From NCBI GenBank assembly GCA_020536535.1, contig JAHLWZ010000187.1, positions 1 through 64,000 on the forward strand: 64,000 nt of DNA. The letters are read 5' to 3'. The notes under the pieces were generated by a model that was given only the letters and a program-made list of their open reading frames with translations, searched no databases and was not told the origin of the DNA. The DNA comes from Pelomyxa schiedti (Eukaryota > Protista > Evosea). Position numbers and translations under genes: made by a program. This document shows positions 52,816 to 64,000 of the stretch, one piece after another. The stretch's first letter is position 1. Each line of letters starts with the position of its first letter.

Positions 52816-54186
52816 TCACGGTGGTGTTGGCCACTGATGGCGTGGTTTGTTGAAGTTGATTCGTACAACGGCCCCGCAGCTGCCACAAGTTGTGAACACT
52901 GGGTACACCGGCTTGGTCTGAGGCATTTCAATCCTCAGCAGGAATGTGCCGTCGCCCCAGAAGAACACCCCGCGTCCCACAATCACGAGCACGCCGATGG
53001 TGCGGTACTTGTGGTAGCTGCAGCCCGGGTGGAAGCAGAACCAGCCGGGGCCTGTGCAGTTCTGGTTAGCTGTGTGTGGTGGGTGCGGCGACACAAATGA
53101 ATCGGCTGCGACGACCCCGAAGCCGGGCGAACCGCACATGAGATTGGAGGGGAAGTGGTACTCGAAGTAGCAGAAGGTCACCGGGGTATCTGCTCGGATG
53201 GAGCAGGCGTCATTGCAGCCGTGCTTGGTGAAGCCACAGCAATCATGGTCGAGTGTGAAGCAAGGCAGAGGAACAAGCGCCCTGGGTCTTTCCTCTTCTT
53301 TGAAGGGTAGGGAAGGAACCTTTCCGAATGCATCGATATCTCTCTTCAGAGCAGCGTCACTTGACTCGACAACCTGAAACTCAACTCTTGCGCCGATTGG
53401 TGGGTTGCTCCTAATGGCCGAGGCAGTAGCACCGCACGCGCTCCTCAGCTCCCTCGAAACTTTGCCGTGCACCGACAGTGCAGTGTAAGGCTCGGTCTTC
53501 GCAATCTTCGTGACCCTGTTGGCCTCCGAGATTGCCCCATTGAGCTGGTCCGCCGCGGCCTGCAGATTCGCGGCGTTAGCCACGTGGAGCACGGTGAGCC
53601 TCTCGGCCTCCTGCCTGATCTCAGCCTTCAGCTTGGCGCACCTCTCCTCGAGCTTTGCGTGCAGCTCCCCAAACACCGCGTCCACCTTCGCGGCAGCCAC
53701 GCTCGCTTGGTCCTTGGGCCCCGCGGCGGAGCTCCCCAGGGCGCTGCGGGCCTCGTCGGCGGTCTTGCTGGCCTCGCCCAGGGCCGCGCCCAGCTCGGCC
53801 ACGGCCTGCTCCACGGCCGCCCCCACGAGCACCACCCGGTGCCCGGCGTGGCCGCGGGCCTCGGAGCCCTCGCCGCCGCCGCCGCCGCCCTCGCGGCACA
53901 CCCAGCACACGGGCGCCGAGTCGGTCGCGCACCACAGCTTCATGGGCTCGCCGTGCACGCGGCACACCGGGGGCGCCTGCGCCCGCTCCCCGACGCCGCG
54001 CACCACGTGGGCCCTGGCCACCCGCGAGGCGTGGAGCGACGCGCTGCACGAGGCGCACAGGCACACGCCCCCGCACTGGGCGCAGAACAGCGTGGCCGCA
54101 GCCGTCATGCACTCATCGCAGCTGTATGATGATGACAGCGAGGAGGAGGGGACTGCTGAGGACGACGTTTGTCCTGGTCCGCTCAT
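52816..54186 (-). CDS. Intronless tandem B-box zinc finger + coiled-coil protein with a beta-rich (SPRY-like) C-terminus
   Basis: CDEC...CAQC...LCASC...H...H (B-box 1); CRVH...WCATD...VCWVC...H..H (B-box 2); long heptad region; CYFEY...GFGV...TIGVL...VYPVFT. Confidence 0.85.
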   Translation of the reverse strand: MSGPGQTSSSAVPSSSLSSSYSCDECMTAAATLFCAQCGGVCLCASCSASLHASRVARAHVVRGVGERAQAPPVCRVHGEPMKLWCATDSAPVCWVCREGGGGGGEGSEARGHAGHRVVLVGAAVEQAVAELGAALGEASKTADEARSALGSSAAGPKDQASVAAAKVDAVFGELHAKLEERCAKLKAEIRQEAERLTVLHVANAANLQAAADQLNGAISEANRVTKIAKTEPYTALSVHGKVSRELRSACGATASAIRSNPPIGARVEFQVVESSDAALKRDIDAFGKVPSLPFKEEERPRALVPLPCFTLDHDCCGFTKHGCNDACSIRADTPVTFCYFEYHFPSNLMCGSPGFGVVAADSFVSPHPPHTANQNCTGPGWFCFHPGCSYHKYRTIGVLVIVGRGVFFWGDGTFLLRIEMPQTKPVYPVFTTCGSCGAVVRINFNKPRHQWPTPP

Positions 54187-54279
54187 CTTGCAGTTATCGA
54201 AACTTATGCAACTGCCTTTCGCGGATTCCGTTTTGCCAAAAATCTCACGAAAGCAAAAATTTTTGACAGATCGAGCGTT

Positions 54280-56287
54280 TCAGTCGTCATAGTGGTGATG
54301 GTAGTACTGACAAACACGACATAGCCAGCTTTCGGCACCAATGCCCTCTAACTGGCTCTGCTTGAGTATGTTGTTCTCGAAGAATGGCCGTGCTGGTGCA
54401 CTCCGCCACTGATTCTGGAATTCAAGGTACTTGGTATCATCGTCTGACAACTCCTTGTGTGAAGTTAGTATCGGGTTGACCCACAACTTCGGGGTGACTC
54501 ACCTTGATTTTGTTGACGAGGTCCATTGGAGATGCGTAGTCGTCAGCTCTGATTGGTATTAAGATTGGAACCAGGAAAGTATGGGGGTAATACCGCAGAA
54601 CTGGTGTTCCTGTTGTTGGATAGTAATCATTAATGTTTGGTGGCCCAGCATATATTCCAATTCCTTTCAAAAAAAAGTTGGGAACAACACATGTAACGAA
54701 GAGGTAACCTGGAGAGCTTAACAGGTGATAATATTTTTCTGTTGCGTAATCTGGTAAAATCGAGTTCTCAAAACCGAAGACAAACCGGTATTCGGACTGT
54801 AATCTTAATTTATCTTGTTCACCATACCTTTCAGAAGTTAGTAAAATGGGTAGAAAGCCTGGAAATTACTTTGCCCATGCCGTTGTGGGAAGGCCAGGTG
54901 AGTGCCAGGGGCAAGAGCCAAAGGAATCAAGTTGAAAGTATTTGGAAAGCAGAATCATATAGCTTTCAAAATTAAGGAGGAGATTTGTAAATAGAGCAAG
55001 GTAGAAACACACTCTTTTCGGTATTGGGAATTACAGTTGCTGACAAATGCAGCAATGGCATTTTTCGGAGGAATAGTTGCTTTATTCGACGAAGGTCGCA
55101 CGTAATTTGATGCATACGTCACCCATACATCTGCTTGCTGTGGATATCCCACCAGCATATCAACAGGGTGATCAGGATTAAAAAGTACAGACTCCAAGAA
55201 GCCGGGCTCCTTGGAACCTTCCACCCTATTTCTGACTCAGATAGTCATATTTAAGAAGATAGTTCCCACCACTCAGGTTCAAGTGTGAATAGTGCAAGAA
55301 CTTGCTTTGTTGATTGTGACTTCGGATAGGTAGTTGGTGCCGGTTTGTCAAAGTGCCAAAATAGAACGTGGCCCTGAGCAGCATCCTCTGCTTTTTTGGA
55401 AAGGCTTTTTTCCGCATAGAAAATGAGCTATAAAATTAAAGTAAACTTTCACATACACACAAGGAACTGGGCACTGATCTAGTTTCCATTTGGAATTTGC
55501 AAAGTCAAACACTGTAAGATGCATCTCACCATCCATAAATACAACTCTGATAGGATCAGACTTAGACCTGCTACGCGGACTTTCAATCTGGTTAAGAAAG
55601 TCACTTAGTTGAATTTAGGAATGGCAGTAGATGTCTTCTTGTTTTGTGATAATGGCAAAGGAGACGAACATAAGCAGGCTTATTTGATCTAGATGCCCAT
55701 TTATTCCATAGAGGAGAGACTTCATTATCAGCATACCACTGTGCTCTGTCATTGGTGTATTGGCACTAGAGCTACGTGAGGTAAATTCTAAACCTATTCA
55801 ATTTCTTCTGTAAACTCTGAAGTGTCTCGGAATCTGCAGGTGGGAGACGAGAAGCTATCGTCTGGGACTTTAACTCCGAGATCAGGGCGTCTCGCTCTGC
55901 AATGTCCGCCTCTTTTTGGTGCAGGGCGATTTCAAGTTGCAGGCTGCGGAATTGGGCATCGGAAACCGCCTTTTCAAGCGCCGCGCAGCTGCTCACATTT
56001 GCTTGGGTCTGCGCAGGAGGCTTCTGCGTTTTCGCCATTTCAATCGCCGCCGCCAACAGTATTTCGGCCTCCCTGGCTCGCGCCTTTTCGGCATCCAGGA
56101 GAGATTCGCACCGCTGCACGCGCTGCGTGGCGTTGGCTTCGCACAGCGCGACTTTGTTCGCGGAGGAAGCGATTACGGCCAGAAACTCGTTTTTGCGCTG
56201 CCCGTAGAAGTCGAGAAGGGCAGGCACGCAAAGTCCAACAATCACCAGCGCCACGACCGCTATTGGCAACCAAGATCTCAGCCTCAT
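54280..56287 (-). CDS. Alpha-1,3/4-fucosyltransferase (GT10), type II membrane protein with coiled-coil stem
   Basis: N-terminal TM; AAFVSNC...R; YRFVFGFENSILPDYATEKY; GIYAGPPNI; SWLCRVC. Confidence 0.88.
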
Positions 56288-56368
56288 CGCCACCGCACCG
56301 GTGAATCGACTTCACCCAACGAAAAATATTCAAACCAATTCTGGTTTTTTTTGCGAAACCCGGGGGTG

Positions 56369-57776
56369 ATGACAACGATGTGGCGCGGGGCGTTCTTGGT
56401 TATGGGCACCACGTTGCTGGCTGCTACCGTTTTTGGCGATAAGATTGCACGCGAATCTAGCGTCCCTGTTGTTGTGATGACCGACATTGGACAGGTTAGT
56501 GCCTTTTTTCACCTGCGTTGCAAGGGAATGGAGAAGAGGCAAGGCACAACTGATCTCAGTTTTTTACCCTCAGTATTCGGATGACGCCTGGGCATTGGGC
56601 TATATTCTGAGTGATCCTGTTTTTGACGTCAGAGCAATTGTGACTTCAACAAATGACACCACTGGGCGTGCAAAAATTGTGGCCAAGCTATGTGATGCTG
56701 CTGGTAAATAATGAACTGCTAAACTGGTCATCATTTACTGACTTTTTTTTTTTGTTTGTTTGCTTGCTTTGACTGATTTGTTTAAGGTCAGTATCCCGCA
56801 ATTGGAATTGGCAGGTGGGAAAGAGATTACGTGGGACCTCAGTATGCATGGGCTCGTGACTATGATTTATCCAAGTATCCTGGTGTTGTGACAACTGATT
56901 ATGTGAATGTACCTTTCTTCTTTGGGCTATTAATAGGATTAAGTCCACTCTTTAAAGCTCATTGCCAATACTATTCAAGAATATGCCAATAAGAATGAAA
57001 AAGTCACTATACTGGAAATTGGTCCCCCTCTTAGTTTAGCAGAGGCTCTTGTTACGCACCCGCAAGTAACTTCATCTATTCCCATTTTTCCTGTTACCCT
57101 CCATACAGCTCGCACACGAAGCACACATTGTTGTAATGTCAGGAAGCATTTTCAAGGGCTATGGCGACATTCCTTTTGCCGTACCAGAGTTCAATGTCCG
57201 TTATAGTGTTCAAGCATCGCAAGTGATGTATGGTGCAGAATGGGCAGATAAAATACTCTGTGCACCACTTGATACTGCTGGCACAATGCAAATCCACGGA
57301 GACGACTACCAACTTATTGTTGAAGCAAGCAAATCTGATCCCTTGGTAGCTTCTTTGCAACACATTTCCCTCAATTTATATTGTTGAAGGCCCGGGCCAT
57401 TCTGGATGTCTACACAGCCTGGTTTGAAAATTGCCCACTTGACCCTTTCAATCTGTACTGCCTTGAAGGCAACGCCGACATGCCACCTCACCCTCAACAA
57501 GCCTCAGCCATTCTGTTTGACCTTGTGGCCGCCTGCCTTGCTAAAGGTGAGCCCTACACCGCCCTCGTGGGCCTACAACCCATGCACATTGTGGTAACTC
57601 CCGAGGGCCTCACACTCCCCTCAGACTCACCAACACCCACATGCACACCAACAACAACAACAACCTCACAGTGCACAACTCACCCTGGCAATGCCATAGT
57701 GGCCACATCCTGGCTCAACCAAGCTTCATTCACCCACCACGCTGCCCTATGTCTCTCCAATCACCACCTATGCTAA
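56369..57776 (+). CDS. Nucleoside hydrolase (IU-NH fold) with signal peptide
   Basis: VVVMTDIGQYSDDAWAL, TTGRAKIVAKL, EIGP, VMSGS, PEFNV, APLDT, LFD. Confidence 0.82.
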
Positions 57777-58116
57777 CACCAAAAAACTTTCTTTTTGTGT
57801 CTGGTTCCTGTCTTTTTTTGTGATTTTTCCTCGGCAATTTGTACCCACAATGCAGTCCGAGGACGAGAAACTAATCAAAACAGCAGGAGCTGTGGGGAAC
57901 AAATTCGGCTGGGAGGCATTTTTGGCAGTGGGTCGCTTCGCTGGTTGACCTTCTTCCGGGGTGATGAATTGTGCGAGAGCCAGTCCCAGACTAGTTTTTT
58001 TCTTTGTTAAATAAAGTAATCAACAGACAGGAATGTCTCTTTCCAACTAACGGCCACCGACAACCAGAAGCAAACCCCATTGGGGCCTGAAACCATCATC
58101 GCCATCACAAGAAAGA

Positions 58117-59225
58117 ATGGCAGCCCTCGGCGGTGACAGCGACGCGATGTCGTCTATCGAGGCAGCAAGGAGGGCGGTGGGCGAAGCAGACGCTGTGTTG
58201 ATAGCGGCGGGAGCAGGGCTAAGTGCCGCGGCGGACAACGATTACTGGGACAAAAGGGCGTTCGCTGAGAGGTTTCCGGGAATGCTTCAGTTGAGTTTTG
58301 GTTTTGTATTTTTGTTTGGTTTGGAGTGGTTTTTTTTTTTTTTTTTTGTTAAATGGGTTTATTGTTTTATTGGGAAGGAGCTCTTTGTCCACTGAGTTTT
58401 CACAGGCATGGTTGGTCATTTCCGTATCAACTAGTGGGAAACCCTGAATTGTATGCAAATAAGGCTCTGTCTTGGGGCTATCTGCTGTCATTCATGCATG
58501 TTATAGGGAACCTCCCCCCGCATGAGGTATACCAATCGCTGCTGAGGGATGTGGTGAAGGGAAGAGACTACTTTGTTATCACTACAAATGTTGATGGTTT
58601 CTTTGTGAAAAATGGATTTGATCCAGCCAAAGTACGTGACTTCCACTCCTGAATTTCGCCTGCTGGCCACATTGAAATTAAACCCATGTAATAGATTTAC
58701 ACACCACAAGGGGATTTCAAGTTTCTACAATGTAGCAAACCTTGTTGTGCAGAGGCAGTTTGGCCATCTGCCAATGCCATCTCTCTTGCTCTTCCACACA
58801 TTGACAAATCAAACCAAATGCTGAATGATCCATCACTGTGGCCAAAATGTCCGCGCTGTGGAAGAGAAGCCATGCCCCATGTGAGAGCCGGTATGCTATT
58901 TGTTATAGCTACTCAATTCAATAATAATAACCAAAAAGGGAGCTGGTTCATCAACGAGCACTTTGCGGAGCAACGGCAAGCATTCAACCAATGGGTGAGC
59001 ACCAACGGAATGAACCACAAAAAAGTAGTCATCCTGGAAATTGGAGTTGGATACAACACTCCCGGCGTCATAAGGCTGCCAATGGAGCGTCTTGCTTTAA
59101 CTCACGACTGGATAAAACTCATCAGAATCAACAAGGAGGATTCCACATTCACAGCAACAATCCCATCAGGCAGGGCCATTTCCCTAGAAATGGACATAGT
59201 CACCGCCCTGCCACAACTGTCATGA
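58117..59225 (+). CDS. Class M sirtuin (SirTM-like; probable NAD-dependent ADP-ribosyltransferase)
   Basis: AAGAGLSAAA, YFVITTNVD, YTPQGDFKFLQCSKPC (Gln at the catalytic-His position), PKCPRCG, LEIGVGYNTPGVIRLPME, LIRIN. Confidence 0.88.
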
Positions 59226-59318
59226 TGCTCTCAATCAAACAAGTACTCTCCATCACATCACTAATCACCAAAATAACTCCAAAAAGGAAAAAAAACAATT
59301 GAAACCAAACGGTAAAGG

Positions 59319-59956
59319 ATGGAAGCAGTGGAGCTACGCTCTCAAAAGTGGTACAAGAGAGCAAAGGCAAAATGGGAATCCAAATTCGAAAAGCACAATG
59401 TATGTTGTGATAGAGCATTAAAATTTCCCCAACAAGAGAACAACGACGAATAAGTAATTGGCCACGGGCGTGCACTCCCATAATAGCAAAACAGGCGTGC
59501 CACAGCCACCAGAGGGAGTACTACTTGCAGTCGTCGGCTTCGTCGAGACTGGCTGCCCAGCTGGCCCACAGGCAGCAGCACGAGTCCCATAATGTGCGCA
59601 GCACCAAGAGGAAGTGGTTCCGTTTCCCCAGTCGCCGTGGAACCTCACACCAAGACATCGAGATGCAGCAGCCCTACTATCCCTACAGATACAGATACAA
59701 CGACAAGGACTACGACGCCAACAACAACAAGACCAGCAACATCGACGACCATGACCTCTACAAGAGACAGAGTTGTATCTCGTGGGCGTGCCCCGCACCC
59801 ACAATGTGCATTTCGTGCTGCGCTGGCCTGTGTGCGTGCGGATCTGCCGGCGCGGTGGCCGTCGTGATCGCCGGTGTGGTACTACTGGCCGTGGTAGTGG
59901 TGGCTCTTGTCAAGCTGGCACCTACCATCCTGCCTCTCATCCTCAAACTAGTTTGA
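59319..59956 (+). CDS. Small protein with a Cys-rich juxtamembrane segment and C-terminal TM helix; start uncertain
   Basis: ORF 59525-59956 ending CISCCAGLCACG + AVAVVIAGVVLLAVVVVALV; candidate first exon MEAVELRSQKW. Confidence 0.55.
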
Positions 59957-60165
59957 ATGTCTCCCAAATTGGTTTCCTCACCACATCATACTGCAATTAC
60001 CAATCACTGAGACACACCCCCAGTTCGCTCTTTTCTTTGTAGTGAAAACAACACTGTGGCGTGAGGGTTCGAATAACTTTCTCCCCAGAGTGTCGGTTCA
60101 AAGGAAACAAACGAACCAAAGCGAAAAAGCCCGAAAAAAAACACAAAAACAGAACCACGAAGGAC

Positions 60166-62981
60166 GATGAAGGAATTTGCGCGGGTTGCTGTGTGCGTGC
60201 CTCCGTGTGTTGTTGGTGGATTCACCCAAAATGCTGATGAAGTGATCTCCCTGATGAAGTCCGCCACATCACAAGTTATAATCCTCCTATCTCTCACACC
60301 TTTGTAAGCAAAAGGGAGGATGTGGGTTTTTTTTTTTTTTTTTCTTTGTGGTTTGGTGGTTTGGGCCAACTTGTACAATAAACTAGGAGGTTGGAGTTGC
60401 TGTTTTTCCGGAGCTGTGTCTATGCAGTTACACACTGAGGGATTTGTTTTTCGATCGAACTCAGCTTGACTGCTGCTATGCAGCACTGGCAAGAATTCTC
60501 GCTGTTTCTAAGGAGCTACTTTTGACCCCCTTGACGTTCATTGGAATGCCCCTGGAGACTCATCAGGTAAACAATTGTCCTTGTTAACTTGCCAGTGCCT
60601 AAATATAGTGGTTGTAGGGCTTATATAACGTCGCTGTGGCTATACAAAATGGGGAGATTCTAGGTGTTATTCCGAAGAGTTTTATTCCCTCCTACAGGTA
60701 ACCATTTACGACGAAAGTGGAGTTAAGGAACCTTTATCCAATAGGGAGTTTGAAGAAAGAAGGTGGTTTCGCCCTGGAACAGAAATTAGCAGAGGTTCAA
60801 CCACTTTCCTTCTAGGAAAGCAAGTGCCTTTTGGCACTGATCTTTTATTTGTTGGCAATCCACTCCGTTCACTTGTTGTTGCCGCTGAAATATGTGAGGA
60901 TATTTGGGTTCAGGTAGTCTATTTCCTTTCATTCTTTCTTTAAGCTGGCTTAGATGCCACCAAGTATGAGGATGGTTGGAAATGGAGCTACCGTTATCTG
61001 CAATCTATCTGCCAGCAACTTCACAATTGGAAAAGCTGATTTAAGGAGACTATTATGCAAATCTGCTTCCGACAGAGGGAAGGTAGACAGTTGTAAGAAC
61101 TGTCAAATTCCTGTAACGAAATTTCTCAGTGTGCTTACTTGTACGTGGCTGCGGGACCAGGAGAAAGTAGCACCGATCTTGCTTTTGACGCAGACGCCTT
61201 CATTTGCGAAAATGGAGCAATACTTGCCGAGAGCCGCCGTTTCTCTCGTGAGCCACAAATAATTTGCTCGGATATTGATCTGGAATTACTGGCTCATGAC
61301 AGAAGAGTTACAGGCACTTTTGGGGATTGTGCCGTGCATGAAGCATCCTTGGTAACAATGCAACTCCAACACATGCAGGTGTGAGTTCTATGTACGGCCC
61401 TCGAATTAAATAGTTGTACAACAGAGGGGCGCAGTTAGAGAAATTGTATTCCAAGCAACGCACCCAAATATAGGGATGATGCGAAAAATTGAACCCCACC
61501 CATTTATTCCCCAAGATCCCCAAACTTTGGCAACTAGAACTTGGGAGGTAGGAAAGTCTGAACAAGGAAACTTAACTTTTTAACCTCTCCTTTACCAGAT
61601 ATTTGAAATTCAAACTAATGCTCTTGCCACAAGGATGCGGGCTTGTGGAAAACCCAAACTGGTGCTTGGTGTTTCAGGAGGGCTAGATAGTACCCAAGTA
61701 TACATCTTATTCACAAAGTTTTTTTACCTTCAATCTTTCCACGCTAGGCTGCACTTGTAGCTGCTGTGGCACTGGACCTAAATAAGCAACCACGCAGTGA
61801 TCTGGTTTGCATAACCATGCCTGGTCTTGGCACTACCTCAGTTACCAAAAATAATGCGGTGGCTCTAACGGAATCACTTGGTGGAACACTGATGACAATT
61901 CCCATCAGTGAAGCATCTCGCATTGTCTTGACCTCAATTGGTCACCCTGCAACTCATGTGCGGCTCTTCCCTTTTATGCTTTGCTAAGTTGATCCAAGGG
62001 AGCAAATACATTGGATGAATTCCTTGCAATTCTTCGCAATGATCCCAAGCTAGCCAATGTAACCCTTGAAAATGTTCAGGTTTGCACTTCTACTTTCTTC
62101 ATAGGTTTTCTTAGTTGACCTTGCCAGGCCCGCATGCGCACATTAGTTTTAATGTCAGTGGCTAATCAAGTAAATGGACTTGTAGTAGGAACAGGTGACT
62201 TGAGTGAAAAGGCTCTAGGGTGGTGCACGTATTCAGGGGATCATATTGCAAACTACGATGTTAACTGTGGCGTCCCTAAGGTATGAGAGATATTGAGCTA
62301 GACTTGTTACTTACCCATTTCCCTTAGACTTTAATACAATTTGTAATACGATGGGTAGCAAACGAACGGGTAACACAGTGGGGAGATGACCCAACCAAGG
62401 GCAATGCAACCCTACTGCGCCAAACACTCTTCAGCATTCTAAATACCCCCATTTCTCCCGAATTAGTCCCTCCGGATGCCCATGGAAGAATTGCACAACT
62501 CACAGAGGTAGTCCTCACAAATTCTACAGTTAAGAATTGACGCACGGCAGTCTTCTATCGGGCCGTACGAGTTGCATGACTTCTTCTTATATCATTTTGT
62601 AAGACACGGCCGCGGTCCCCAAAGGATTCTTGATCTCGCTCGGATTGCGTTTGGAACTAGATACACAGTTGACGAACTTAAAAAGTTCTTCCATTTGAAC
62701 TTTTTATAGATTGTCAATGACCAATACACAGGTGGCTGACCATCTTCATCACCCGATTCTTCCGGAACCAATTCAAACGAAGTTGTGCCACGGATGGGCC
62801 AAAAGTACTTCCCAAAAACACCACTTACAAACGGGGTCATAGTCATAAATGAGTAACTTTCGAAAACAAACAACACCACTAGGTTGGAATGGTGGCACTA
62901 TCACCCAGAGGAGACTGGAGAATGCCATCAGATGCTTCCTGTGATGACTGGATACACCAAATTAAAACCTACACTGAGTGA
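60166..62981 (+). CDS. nadE: Glutamine-dependent NAD+ synthetase, bacterial NadE-Gln type, about 14 introns
   Basis: Nitrilase domain FPEL, PK.FIP.Y.EFEE.RWF, EICED; synthetase [74 protein letters not shown]. Confidence 0.95.
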
Positions 62982-63236
62982 GTACCTACCGACGAGATTC
63001 TCGATGGTCTTGGCTGGATTGCGAGGAAGCAGTTGCCGGATTAATTTCGATACGAAAAAGGAAAAAAATAGCCGGGCCTATAAATAACTCTTCAATTTTC
63101 CTTTGACAGGAATTAAATTCCTCGCAGTAAAGAATTAAATTTTGCTAACAAATTAAAAAATACAAAAAGAAACCCAATCAGATCCGACCAGGACCAACAC
63201 AACACACTATTAAACAACACGTACAAGGAGCATTCA

Positions 63237-64000
63237 ATGTCAGACGATCCAGCACACCAATCTCATCGTTCCGCGGTGAAAAAACACGGTCTCGACGCTG
63301 GCGATGTAAGACGCAAACGTGAGGAGTACTCTGTGAGCATTCGCAAAAACAAGAGAGAAGAGACCTTGAACAAGCGCAGGAATGTTTCGGAGCTTGTGGC
63401 AAAAGCTACTCAAAATACCCCTGCCCCGCTTATTGTGCCACAACAGACGACTGCTGCGGTGGTCGCAACACAACCAGCCGCGACTGACATCGATTTCGAG
63501 GTTTCGTTGATTTTCATTTCGTGGCGCCTGGGGTGTTTCTTTTTCGCTTTAAGATTGCCAATCTTAATGTGCACTGTGCTTTGTTTGTCTGCAGACCCTT
63601 GAGGACATGGTCGCAGCTTGCAATGGCAACGATTCCTCACTTTGGTATCCCGCCACCCAAAGTATAAGGCAGCTTCTTTCAGTTGGTAGTTATCAACGTT
63701 TCTAGACCTTTTTATCTTTGTAACTTCCCCTTTATATAGAACAGAACCCCCCAATCCCCGAGGTTCTTGACAGCGGAATTTTACCTCGATTGATTCAGTT
63801 TTTAACTGTGGTGCGTTGATTCCTTAGCCGCAGAATCAACTGTTAACAGAGTTATTAGAAGGAACACACAAAACTCCAGTTTGAAGCTGCATGGGCTATT
63901 ACGAATAGTTTGTACTTGAAAGAGGTTTTTTTTTATTCTTAGTTCGTTCTAGTTGCCAGTGGTACCAGCACACAAACCCGAGCTGTACTTGAAGCGGGAG
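63237..64000 (+). CDS. Importin alpha (5' part; runs off the window)
   Basis: IBB domain RRKREEYSVSIRKNKREETLNKRRN; ARM motifs QFEAAWAITN and ASGTSTQT. Confidence 0.93.

Noticed and set aside
53467-54292. Long overlapping plus-strand ORFs
   Set aside because: Shadow ORFs caused by high GC opposite the B-box gene. The antisense ORFs at 26161-28816 are likewise shadows of the low-complexity ORF.
56369-62981. Bacterial contamination or a prokaryotic SIR2 anti-phage operon
   Set aside because: All genes carry spliceosomal introns and sit beside importin alpha; the sirtuin motifs are class M, not SIR2-domain NADase effectors.

Overview
Gene-dense, intron-rich eukaryotic genomic DNA with many short GT-AG introns, very short intergenic spacers and one 100-N scaffold gap at 989-1088. 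The content (Dictyostelium-type STAT, Roco kinase, CudA-like protein, kinase-Sel1 fusion, several bacterial-type enzymes that carry introns) points to an amoebozoan, possibly an archamoeba such as Pelomyxa; this is inference. About 26 gene models can be reconstructed by hand. In order: MYCBP-like, intronless dynamin-like GTPase, cathepsin Z, stand-alone bromodomain, STAT, CudA-like, Roco, HutD, NHL-repeat protein, nucleoporin-like protein, CDK1, membrane-anchored peptidoglycan amidase, kinase-Sel1, ARF1, METTL21-like methyltransferase, NAGLU, large hypothetical protein, beta-helix surface protein, acidic hypothetical, secreted bacterial-like hypothetical, B-box/coiled-coil protein, GT10 fucosyltransferase, nucleoside hydrolase, class M sirtuin, small membrane protein, Gln-dependent NAD synthetase and importin alpha (truncated). 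The most notable observations are: (1) a co-oriented nucleoside hydrolase / SirTM-type sirtuin / NAD synthetase group that may be an NAD-centred gene cluster, part of which is duplicated at the window start; (2) a head-to-head STAT / CudA-like pair; (3) a possible structured RNA at about 24.2-24.4 kb. Exon boundaries were inferred by eye and family calls come from motif recognition only; no searches were run.
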